DNA from: a virus
IMG/VR virus record: IMGVR_UViG_3300031718_000006
Span: 3,494 to 67,493 of that record
Length of the DNA stretch: 64,000 nt
Reading direction: 5' to 3' (one strand)
Shown: piece after piece, positions 1 through 7,642 of the stretch
Numbering within the stretch: the stretch's first letter is position 1
How the letters are laid out: each line of letters begins with the position of its first letter
Translations under genes and position numbers: made by a program
The notes under the pieces: generated by a model
What the model saw: only the letters and a program-made list of their open reading frames with translations
Told to the model about the DNA's origin: nothing
The model's database searches: none

Positions 1-459
1 ATATTTACAAGTCGGGCAATACTCCGAGGCAGGCTTAACTTCACCCGCCCCGGTTGCGACGGGGGAGGACTTTAGCGCCTTTTCCTTCGCATCTTGCGGT
101 ATCTGCGGGGACGCATCAGGCCCACTAAGACGGTCAGCCCCAGCAGTAGAATTAACCCGGCCCACTGCATCCACATTTGCATCCTCCACTTTTGTGACCA
201 CATCCGACATCGGGCCGAGATGCCCCGACTCAGCAGGCAACGTCACGTCCGCCATAACCAACGGAATCAGCGAGTCCTTTTTCCAGCAAGAATGTGTGTG
301 AAAATCCGGGCCTGATTTGGTGTACCAGATATCTACGCCATAGATAGTCTCGCCGTTATCCGCCGTTACGATGCCCATGATTGTCAGTCCCTGGGGCACC
401 CATTCGTTATTCAGGTAGAAACTCCCGACTGTGAAGTGCTGCGGTTTCATCGCGTTCAT
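1..459 (-). CDS. hypothetical protein, runs off the window edge
   Basis: Hand translation from ATG at 457-459 (MNAMKPQHFTVG...) stays open to position 1; ATGA overlap with the upstream gene. Confidence 0.6.
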   Translation of the reverse strand, partial: MNAMKPQHFTVGSFYLNNEWVPQGLTIMGIVTADNGETIYGVDIWYTKSGPDFHTHSCWKKDSLIPLVMADVTLPAESGHLGPMSDVVTKVEDANVDAVGRVNSTAGADRLSGPDASPQIPQDAKEKALKSSPVATGAGEVKPASEYCPTCKY

Positions 460-626
460 TCATACCTCCCACAACTGCAACCATCCACGAGGCAATGACC
501 CAACTCCAAGTTGAGGTCGTAGAGGTCTGACGAGTGATCGGCGCGGGCATGTCCGCAACTGCAAGATGAATCAATCGTCAGCGTGTATTCATTACCAAAC
601 AAATCAGTTACACATTCATCGCTCAT
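456..626 (-). CDS. small Cys/His-rich protein
   Basis: Hand translation MSDECVTDLF...CSCGHARADH...HCLVDGCSCGRYE; coupled to both neighbours. Confidence 0.6.
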   Translation of the reverse strand: MSDECVTDLFGNEYTLTIDSSCSCGHARADHSSDLYDLNLELGHCLVDGCSCGRYE

Positions 627-844
627 TGGCCTGCCTCCGCCTTCCTCGATGCCAAAACGTAGATAATCCGCTTCTCCACGCCCAGCCGATGCAAGAATGA
701 TCGCCCCGGAAACCTTCTCCCGAGGTAAATATCTGAAATGTGTTGCGGGCTTACGCCAAGTTCTTCGGCAAGCTCTTTGGCTGTCCGGTCGCCTTGACGC
801 TTTCGCATGAGGTCTACAATCTCTGATTCCTTAATCCGTCTCAT
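623..844 (-). CDS. XRE/Cro-like HTH regulator
   Basis: TAKELAEELGVSPQHISDIYLGRRFP helix-turn-helix; start ATG 842-844. Confidence 0.85.
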   Translation of the reverse strand: MRRIKESEIVDLMRKRQGDRTAKELAEELGVSPQHISDIYLGRRFPGRSFLHRLGVEKRIIYVLASRKAEAGQ

Positions 845-850
845 GTATGC

Positions 851-880
851 ACAATAGCGTATAAGCTGACGTGCTGTCAA
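851..880 (-). promoter_or_regulatory. sigma70-type promoter of the Cro-like gene (probably leaderless)
   Basis: TTGACA-N18-TATTGT, then 6 nt to the ATG. Confidence 0.6.
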
Positions 881-958
881 TAAAAATCCGCGAAAATAAG
901 TATTTCCCTGTATTCACCTGTTAACATTGGAGTTGTACTATTGCCAAAGGGAGGGAAA

Positions 959-1123
959 ATGCCTAACTACGCGGCACTGCGAACGGAGAAGATTATCGAG
1001 TGGTACGAACGTCTGCGGAGCGATGCCGACCGCACGCCCGATGACGAAAAGCTCCTGTTCGAGCTAGGCAAGCGCCTTCCCGCAGACTACCCTATCGGGG
1101 ATTCAGAAGAGATTGCGGCATAA
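959..1123 (+). CDS. hypothetical protein
   Basis: GGAGG SD before ATG 959; divergent from the Cro-like gene and followed by a hairpin. Confidence 0.6.
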   Translation: MPNYAALRTEKIIEWYERLRSDADRTPDDEKLLFELGKRLPADYPIGDSEEIAA

Positions 1124-1127
1124 ATGA

Positions 1128-1160
1128 AATCGGGAGCCGCTGTAGTGTAGGCTCCCGATT
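1128..1160. terminator. hairpin between convergent units (probable terminator)
   Basis: Perfect 11-bp inverted repeat AATCGGGAGCC/GGCTCCCGATT. Confidence 0.7.
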
Positions 1161-1370
1161 CCGTACTGCGCTTGGCGATTGGCCTATCCTCTAGAGAACC
1201 GTCTGAGACTTGAATTCCCGTTTCGCCTGACTCAAAGGCTACAGCCCCTTAGCGAATCAGTGTCGGCACCCTTTACTCTCAGCCGCCTCGGGTGCGAAAT
1301 GTCCGTCAGTTTCCCCTCAGTCTTACAGGCCGCTCTGTTTGTGGAATATCTCTCGACGTTCCGTCGATGG
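1161..1370 (-). ncRNA. candidate structured ncRNA, family unknown
   Basis: Nested helices GGCCU/AGGCC, CUGAG/CUCAG, UUUCGC/GCGAAA, GCACCC/GGGUGC, CUGAUUC/GAGUCAG; TTGACA upstream at 1388-1393 and hairpin downstream; no convincing ORF. Confidence 0.45.
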
Positions 1371-1486
1371 AAATAATGTAACACGCTTGTCAAGTTCCGC
1401 GACCTAAAAATAGGAGGAGCCGCCAGCGTGTGCCAGCGGCTCAATGAAAAGACAGCTTCTTACCCTTATTGGTGGAGTCTACACCT

Positions 1487-1954
1487 TCACTGAGGGGCTG
1501 TAAAATTAATTTTAATGCTCGAAAGCACCTGCGCTGCCGCCGTAACCGTAACCGTCTCGGTATCCTGAAGCAAAGTCCCCGCTGAATTGGTTACCTGAGC
1601 GTTCAGGTTGGCGACTCCCGCCGACACTGCGGTTACATCTTCGTTGGCTGGCACTGATCCGTCTGGGGCAATAGTAGCGAATGCGGAATTGTCAATCGCC
1701 CAAGTCGGGGTTGGGATAGCTCCCAGAAACGGCGCACCGTTCTGGTCGAAACCGTCAATGGATGCAACGGTCTTTTGTCCTACTGCGAGTGTTACTGGGC
1801 CTTCTGCCATGCAATCTCCTCTTTGAAATGCGATTTTAATGAAGCTTAGTACAGGGGTAAGTTGTTGAAGGATTTGCCGTTCAAGCGAGATTTGCTCCCG
1901 CTCGTCGGCCTCGATACGTTCTAGAATTCGGTCTTCTTCCGGCTCACGGTTCAT
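1487..1954 (-). CDS. Ig-like (Big_2-type) domain protein; internal start likely at 1810
   Basis: VTLAVGQK...PTWAIDNSAFATI...VTAVSAGVANLNA...TVTVT pattern; GAGGAG SD before the internal MAEG. Confidence 0.65.
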   Translation of the reverse strand: MNREPEEDRILERIEADEREQISLERQILQQLTPVLSFIKIAFQRGDCMAEGPVTLAVGQKTVASIDGFDQNGAPFLGAIPTPTWAIDNSAFATIAPDGSVPANEDVTAVSAGVANLNAQVTNSAGTLLQDTETVTVTAAAQVLSSIKINFTAPQ

Positions 1955-1958
1955 AACG

Positions 1959-2159
1959 TCATTTCTGAATCAGGAAGTGGACGGCCATCCAACCAATAAT
2001 CATGCCTCGCGCCCACAATGGCAAGTAGGTGCGACAAATATAGGTGATGGTGACATAATCTTTGCCGAATACTCCCAGCATCTCGAAAGTAAACACCACG
2101 GCCATTGAGACGCAGAGCGCCACGTAATCCCAGTGCAGGAAGTGCGGAGCGGGAATCAT
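1959..2159 (-). CDS. small membrane protein
   Basis: Two hydrophobic segments; ATGA overlap. Confidence 0.65.
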   Translation of the reverse strand: MIPAPHFLHWDYVALCVSMAVVFTFEMLGVFGKDYVTITYICRTYLPLWARGMIIGWMAVHFLIQK

Positions 2160-2716
2160 ATCTTCTTCACCGCCGCCGTAGTCGCTGTAGTCGCTAGCTT
2201 GGCAATCTCAGCGCCTTTATTTTCACTGCCCCTAGTGGTTCCGTAAAAGTAGTTCGCGGCCCCAACCAGCAGAGTCCCAATGGTGCCGACCATCGTGTAG
2301 ATAATGGCCTTGTTGTCTGACGGCACCGGATACCTAACCAGATAGTGAACCATGTAGGTAAACACGCCCACCAAACCGTAGAAGCCAATTTCAGGCGTGT
2401 AATCCCTGACTGCTACCTCGCGCTTTCGGGCTGAGTCCCTATCCGCCTCTGCAATGGCTTCCAAGTCTTCGGCGTTCTGGTAACCCAGTTGGGCCATTTG
2501 CGCCTGAAAGTCATCTTCGGCTTTGGTGATTGCCGCCCTCTGCTCGGGATTGGCAAAGGCATCGGAAATCGTGTCCAGCGTCTTTGTAGGGTCTAGCTTG
2601 TCAACGCCTAGGGCTTTGCCTACCGCGTTCGCTGCCATCGTTCCTAGAGGCCCCCCAAGCCCCGCAGCTACGCTTAGAAACGGGAATGCCTTCCGCAAGA
2701 TGTCAGAAAAGGCCAT
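2156..2716 (-). CDS. holin-like protein (3TM/GTA-holin-like)
   Basis: GLGGPLG...DRDSARKRE followed by two TM segments and NYFYG; near the endolysin. Confidence 0.7.
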   Translation of the reverse strand: MAFSDILRKAFPFLSVAAGLGGPLGTMAANAVGKALGVDKLDPTKTLDTISDAFANPEQRAAITKAEDDFQAQMAQLGYQNAEDLEAIAEADRDSARKREVAVRDYTPEIGFYGLVGVFTYMVHYLVRYPVPSDNKAIIYTMVGTIGTLLVGAANYFYGTTRGSENKGAEIAKLATTATTAAVKKI

Positions 2717-2880
2717 TAGAGTCCCTTCCCTAAATCCTTGAATGCGGTACTGATGTTTGAAGCCGCCTGCGATCCCAGAGCTTTGGCTTGGGCGAATTTG
2801 ACCCCAGCCGCATGACCGACGTAGTAAAAACAGACTCCGCCTGCCGCAAAACCCCCTGCAATTGCCAGTAGATAGTTCAT
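2716..2880 (-). CDS. small membrane protein of the lysis module
   Basis: MNYLLAIAGGFAAGGVCFYY hydrophobic N-terminus; overlaps both neighbours. Confidence 0.6.
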   Translation of the reverse strand: MNYLLAIAGGFAAGGVCFYYVGHAAGVKFAQAKALGSQAASNISTAFKDLGKGL

Positions 2881-3290
2881 TGCCACTCCCCAATGCGAAT
2901 TTGAACTGCCAAACGTGAAGCTCTTGCCCCAACTTCCTTCGCCCACTTCGAGTTTTCCATCTCCGCTGCAGCGTCGTCCCATTTGCCTTGTTCTAGCGCC
3001 CCCAGCATGTTGCGGAACTCCGCCAACCCGCCTAAGCCTAAGTTAAAGGCCATATTTTGCAATACGCCATTCCGCGCATCGTCGAGCGTTTCAGTCCACG
3101 GAAAGAACTTCTTAAGCCCCTCGGTCACATAGGCGATATCGTTCTGTAAAAGCAGGTCAGATTCGGCCATTGTCAGACCCTTATCCGTAAGGTTTCTCCC
3201 GACGCCCACGGTGACCTTGCCCACGGTATCCACGTAGGCCCGTAGTCTTACGCCTTCATCCCGTTTCAGTTGTTCAGCCAGATTATCCAG
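2877..3290 (-). CDS. endolysin, T4-type lysozyme fold (probable CTG start)
   Basis: LKRDEGVRLRAYVDTVGKVTVGVGRNL (E-x8-D-x5-T triad), NMAFNLG, SKWAKEVGARA; SD AGGAGG before CTG at 3288-3290. Confidence 0.9.
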   Translation of the reverse strand: MDNLAEQLKRDEGVRLRAYVDTVGKVTVGVGRNLTDKGLTMAESDLLLQNDIAYVTEGLKKFFPWTETLDDARNGVLQNMAFNLGLGGLAEFRNMLGALEQGKWDDAAAEMENSKWAKEVGARASRLAVQIRIGEWQ

Positions 3291-3298
3291 AATCCCTC

Positions 3299-3469
3299 CT
3301 AGCGATGCGGTACGATGGTCAGGGCCGTAGACCCCGGTGCGGTCAACATAAACGCCAATAGGCCAACCCAGAACATGTTACGGCCTATCTCAGCAAGCTT
3401 TGGATTCACGCACAGCGCATACATCAAAACGCCGATCAGCGAAATTAGCAGACTCAAATAGATAATCAT
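3299..3469 (-). CDS. small two-TM membrane protein (holin/antiholin candidate)
   Basis: Two hydrophobic helices; AGGAG SD. Confidence 0.65.
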   Translation of the reverse strand: MIIYLSLLISLIGVLMYALCVNPKLAEIGRNMFWVGLLAFMLTAPGSTALTIVPHR

Positions 3470-3480
3470 TTTTGGCTCCT

Positions 3481-4137
3481 TTAGTCCCACGTCAATGTCA
3501 GATTGTTGATGATTTCCGCAAACTGTCCGGCCTTCTGGTTCAAATCCACCTGAATCTGGATCATGGCCCGATTAAAGTCTTTCCAGTTCGACTGCTGCGC
3601 CGCCACGTTCTGAAGGCTCGCCGGAGTCGCCCATAACACTTCATCCAACTCCACGCCAATGTTTGAAATTGTTCGCTTCGAGAAGTCGAACGTATAGTTG
3701 ATTTCAACGTGATGCACCAGGTTCGGAATATATGGCCCTGGCGCGTTTCCAGTTTCCAGCCATCCGCCCGTTGGCCCTGCCACTTCAATCATTCCGCCTT
3801 TGGAATAGTCCAATTGGACGCTGCCGTTGTATTTGTAGCCTTGCGCGTCAGTCAAAATGATGTCGGTCTCAATGGCTTGGGCAAATTGCAGAGAATTCAA
3901 ATCCACCGAAATATCATAGCTAAGGCACAGCCGGGAAGCGCCTTCGGGGATCGGACGCGATAAGTAGATTTCCCCCGCCGCATATCCACCCTGAGTTTTG
4001 CATCCCTGAATGAAAAGCCCTAGAACGCTGGTCTGAGTGAGTTGAAAGACTTGCGGGAAGGCATCCCCGATCCCGCCTTGCGTGCCTAGATTCGTTCCCC
4101 AGCCCGGTAAAATCTGAATATCAGAATCCGTCGTCAC
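3481..4137 (-). CDS. beta-sandwich (lectin-like) hypothetical protein
   Basis: GTG start overlapping the upstream stop; beta-rich composition. Confidence 0.6.
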   Translation of the reverse strand: MTTDSDIQILPGWGTNLGTQGGIGDAFPQVFQLTQTSVLGLFIQGCKTQGGYAAGEIYLSRPIPEGASRLCLSYDISVDLNSLQFAQAIETDIILTDAQGYKYNGSVQLDYSKGGMIEVAGPTGGWLETGNAPGPYIPNLVHHVEINYTFDFSKRTISNIGVELDEVLWATPASLQNVAAQQSNWKDFNRAMIQIQVDLNQKAGQFAEIINNLTLTWD

Positions 4138-4331
4138 AAAATCCCTTTCTGCCGTGTCGGTAAAGTCATAAGCGGCAAGCCGTGCCGTTCGCAGTAATCT
4201 GCCATCAAATATTCGTGCTCCACGCGAAATAACGTGATCTTCCGCGAGAGGCTGTAGACCATGCCCATAAGAGCGAATACGGGGACACTGACCAGTATTT
4301 GCCCTAGCGATATGTCCCCGGTGAAATGCAT
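4134..4331 (-). CDS. small membrane protein
   Basis: GDISLGQILVSVPVFALMG TM segment; coupled overlaps. Confidence 0.6.
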   Translation of the reverse strand: MHFTGDISLGQILVSVPVFALMGMVYSLSRKITLFRVEHEYLMADYCERHGLPLMTLPTRQKGIL

Positions 4332-4546
4332 TAGCGGTGTGGCGGCTTATCGGAATCCAGCTCCCAGTTGTTTGCACTCTCATCTTGCTGGGTCGGGGAG
4401 TAGGGAACAGTGCCGTTAGCGGTGGTTTTGTATACCGTCCCGTTATCGTTCCACAGGTAGTCGCTGTCCGGCCATGAATCCCGATAGGCGGTTTCGTTGG
4501 GATTTTCTGAGGTTGTCAGGCCCGTCCACATGGTTGAATAGTTCAT
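4331..4546 (-). CDS. hypothetical protein (possibly Thoeris anti-defence Tad2/DUF2829-like)
   Basis: AYRDSW...PYSPTQQDESANNWEL resembles the R..W...W.P.Q.D..A.DW pattern of DUF2829; weak. Confidence 0.4.
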   Translation of the reverse strand: MNYSTMWTGLTTSENPNETAYRDSWPDSDYLWNDNGTVYKTTANGTVPYSPTQQDESANNWELDSDKPPHR

Positions 4547-4920
4547 CGTGTCTCCTTGGCGTACTGAATGGGATTGTGGTTTTCATCGCGGACTAGAATG
4601 TATCCCAGATTGTCGGGGCCAACATCCTGACACCAGTCGTAGTCCATGTATTTGAGAAGTTTAAACATTCGCCCCGCTTGCGCCTCCTCCGTCACTATGT
4701 GATCCGGGCAGGCATTAAATGAAAACTCTGCCCATTGATGGGTATCGGGGTCTTGTACGGAAAGCTCGAAAAGCGAGAGGCTGTCGCGGCGCAAGATGCG
4801 GACGTTTTCCATCCTGACCAGCGTTGCGGTTCGCTTTCTTGCCATGACCGCATAGCCGATCACCGATACGACGATGACCGCCAGCAGAAGCCCGATGCTA
4901 ATCTCCCTCGGGGTAGACAT
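4543..4920 (-). CDS. membrane-anchored hypothetical protein
   Basis: ISIGLLLAVIVVSVIGYAV TM segment followed by a Cys-containing domain; start uncertain. Confidence 0.55.
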   Translation of the reverse strand: MSTPREISIGLLLAVIVVSVIGYAVMARKRTATLVRMENVRILRRDSLSLFELSVQDPDTHQWAEFSFNACPDHIVTEEAQAGRMFKLLKYMDYDWCQDVGPDNLGYILVRDENHNPIQYAKETR

Positions 4921-5191
4921 TATGCGGTTCAAATCCTTCGACTTTGAGAGCATGGAGAGCCTGTCGAATTCGTTCATTAATGATTCGTTGCCGTTGCTGG
5001 TCTCGCTGATACTGGGCATGATATGGGACAAAGAGCTTCCTGACCTCAGATTTAATAACCATGCGTACGACCCAAGCACCAACAGCGTAAAGGCTAGTAA
5101 GACTAGCGACCAAAACAGCAAGCACGATGGACTCGGCGTTAGGCTCAGGCAAGGCCACCCCACTGAAAATGCCAACATATGCCACATTCAA
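4898..5191 (-). CDS. membrane protein with coiled coil
   Basis: TM segment then QRDQQRQRIINERIRQ; GAGG SD. Confidence 0.55.
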   Translation of the reverse strand: MNVAYVGIFSGVALPEPNAESIVLAVLVASLTSLYAVGAWVVRMVIKSEVRKLFVPYHAQYQRDQQRQRIINERIRQALHALKVEGFEPHNVYPEGD

Positions 5192-5210
5192 GTCCTCTCT
5201 CTAGACGAAG

Positions 5211-6863
5211 TTAAGGGTACAAACTCGCAAACATGCCGATTGCTGATGCTGATGGCGAGTCAGTCGCCGACTGAAACTCATACGCGCCCTCATCCCAGCA
5301 TGGCAGGCTACCCTGGGATGAACATGTACCAGAACTAGGACGGGTAACGTAGGTGCGCGTACTCCCAAGGGTAGTGTCGTTTTGTAAACTGGCGAGGTTG
5401 CCCGTCGCGACCGACCCCAGATTTACACTTTGGAGGATCACCGCCGAGCCGAGATTGGGGGCACCGTTTGTTCCGAGTCCCAACCCCGCGTCAGAGGTAG
5501 TGCGCTGGGAATGTGAATCACCTCCAGTTGTAGACTTCCACGAGGCGAATGATCCTAGGAAGGATTGGGAGCCTGTCGTACCATAGACCCAGCAATTTGA
5601 TGTTCCATTGCAGTCGTTACCGAATGCGTTGTAATCACTATTCAGCGTGCCAGTGCCTAGCCGTAGGTTCATCCCCTGCGGGCACTTATTCTCAACATTA
5701 CCTTTAAAGTTATACGTCCCGGCGTTGGCCGTGTTCCCTAACGCCCATCCGACCGTGCCGCCGTCAGTCGAAGACGGGCAGAGGAGGGTATTGTTATAAA
5801 CGTCCAGCACTCCGCCGACGATTCCAAACAATCCCACCCAGCCGTTAGGATTGACTCCATCCGCTTGCGATGCGTCGAAGACATTGTTCCAGACGTAGAA
5901 ATTACTGCCATTCGTCTGGTTCGGTGATCCCTGCTCGATGAATAGGAATCCCGACGAGCACGCGCCTGAGAACGTTCCGGTGAACCAGTTGTTATAGATA
6001 TAGACCCCGTTCATCGTGGTGCCGGAGACGCCGTAAGTGTGGAGACCGTCGAGGTGATAAACGCAGCCGGAGGTTTCCCAGTTTAAATTGCTGCCGAATT
6101 TATTCCCCGCGAGGAAGAAACACGGAGCGGCGCATCCGGTGCCGGGAGTAGCGAATAGAACTGCGTGATCCCAGTTGTAGATATAGTTCTGGTTGGCGGG
6201 AGTTGTGCCTGTCGTATCCCCTACGACGAAGTTAGTATCGCCGTTATTGTAGAGGATGTAAACGCACCAACCGCAATCGTGGATCGTATTCCCCGTCAGC
6301 GTCCAGTTCGACCCGCTCATATAAATCGCGTTCATCTGAGTCGCTGTGCCGCCGAGCGGGGAAGAGTAATTCTGGATCGCCACGTAGATATTAGCGATGG
6401 TGATATTTTTGACGGTGCAGTTGGTGCAGGTTGCACCATAGACGCCGATGGAAATGTGCTGGTTCGCAAGTCCGTCTCCGTTGGCCGTGTTCTGGATTGT
6501 GCCAGTGCCTTTGCCATCGAGGACGATGTAACTCAGTCCGTGAATATCGATGGCTCCATTAGTTCCGGACCAGTAGGGTGCCGATAAACTGGCACCAGTA
6601 CAAAAGTTGATTGTGATCGGGTTACCGGACGAACCACTACCGAGAACCGTGAACAGCGTCGCTCCGGCGCTGCCTACAAAGTTATCCGCCAGCCAGATAA
6701 CGTCCCCACCGCTGTTCGTTATTCCGTTCCAAGTTGCTGGGGTGATCGCAGTTTGTCCACTACAAGACCCAAAGCCAGAAATAGTTCCGGCAGTCGAGGC
6801 TATGTACCGTGTCGTGGCCGAACAAAAACTGCAAAGGATGAAAATTACTATTCCAGTCTTCAT
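5211..6863 (-). CDS. parallel beta-helix (pectin-lyase-like) protein with signal-peptide-like N-terminus; tailspike/depolymerase candidate
   Basis: Repeated Asn-ladder strands (NCTVKNITIAN, NWTLTGNTIHD, YIYNNWF, VWNNVF); C-terminal WDEGAYEF. Confidence 0.75.
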   Translation of the reverse strand: MKTGIVIFILCSFCSATTRYIASTAGTISGFGSCSGQTAITPATWNGITNSGGDVIWLADNFVGSAGATLFTVLGSGSSGNPITINFCTGASLSAPYWSGTNGAIDIHGLSYIVLDGKGTGTIQNTANGDGLANQHISIGVYGATCTNCTVKNITIANIYVAIQNYSSPLGGTATQMNAIYMSGSNWTLTGNTIHDCGWCVYILYNNGDTNFVVGDTTGTTPANQNYIYNWDHAVLFATPGTGCAAPCFFLAGNKFGSNLNWETSGCVYHLDGLHTYGVSGTTMNGVYIYNNWFTGTFSGACSSGFLFIEQGSPNQTNGSNFYVWNNVFDASQADGVNPNGWVGLFGIVGGVLDVYNNTLLCPSSTDGGTVGWALGNTANAGTYNFKGNVENKCPQGMNLRLGTGTLNSDYNAFGNDCNGTSNCWVYGTTGSQSFLGSFASWKSTTGGDSHSQRTTSDAGLGLGTNGAPNLGSAVILQSVNLGSVATGNLASLQNDTTLGSTRTYVTRPSSGTCSSQGSLPCWDEGAYEFQSATDSPSASAIGMFASLYP

Positions 6864-7642
6864 GGTTTAAAGGTTATAACTGTGCCCGCATTAGGCCCGG
6901 TAGTGCCTGAAAAATTTGTCCCGAATGTGGCTGCTTGCGCTCCTGCTGTAGTTTGGGCGTAATACTCTCCAGCTAAGTTTAAATTACCGCCACCGGCCTC
7001 GACCCCTAGAGTGAACGGACTTCCGGCTGTAAACCAGCCATTAGCAAAACCGAATCCGTTGTCTAATATACCGATGGCAACATAAAACGATCCGTTTGAC
7101 CCCGTTGTGATCGACCCCGGAGTTGGAACGTTCGTGTTGGCGTTTGTACCCGTATGCTTCTGGTCAAATGCTCCGGCGGTCAATTCGTATAGATCAACTG
7201 CGCCACTGGCGAAGGACGCACCGAAGGCCACGGACACCGTATTCGTTCCGGTAAACGCCTTTAGACTTGTGGTATATACGAATTCTGTGTTGCAGTTCGC
7301 AAAGTGCGTTCCTGTGATTGTTGCTAAGGTCGTAGCGTCGATAGTGTAAGTGTTGCCAGAGGTGTCAGTAACCGTTGTTATCGAAACAGGATTGCCTGTG
7401 GTACTACACCACGCCACTGCCACGACTCCAATATCGCCAACCGTGTTATTGGTAAATGAATCTATAAAACTAGCCGAACCTCCAGCATAAGTCCCGGAAT
7501 GGTGCTGTACAAGAGTTACTGCCGAACCAGATGGCACGCCTCCTCCAATTCCAGCCTTGCCACCAATGCCAGCCTTGCCTCCGATCCCCTGAGCGAGACT
7601 GCTGGCGACCAATACCGCGAAGATAATTAAGCGTCGGATCAT
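6860..7642 (-). CDS. beta-rich virion/secreted protein with signal peptide
   Basis: MIRRLIIFAVLVASSLA/Q followed by GIGGKA repeats; ATGA overlaps. Confidence 0.75.
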   Translation of the reverse strand: MIRRLIIFAVLVASSLAQGIGGKAGIGGKAGIGGGVPSGSAVTLVQHHSGTYAGGSASFIDSFTNNTVGDIGVVAVAWCSTTGNPVSITTVTDTSGNTYTIDATTLATITGTHFANCNTEFVYTTSLKAFTGTNTVSVAFGASFASGAVDLYELTAGAFDQKHTGTNANTNVPTPGSITTGSNGSFYVAIGILDNGFGFANGWFTAGSPFTLGVEAGGGNLNLAGEYYAQTTAGAQAATFGTNFSGTTGPNAGTVITFKP

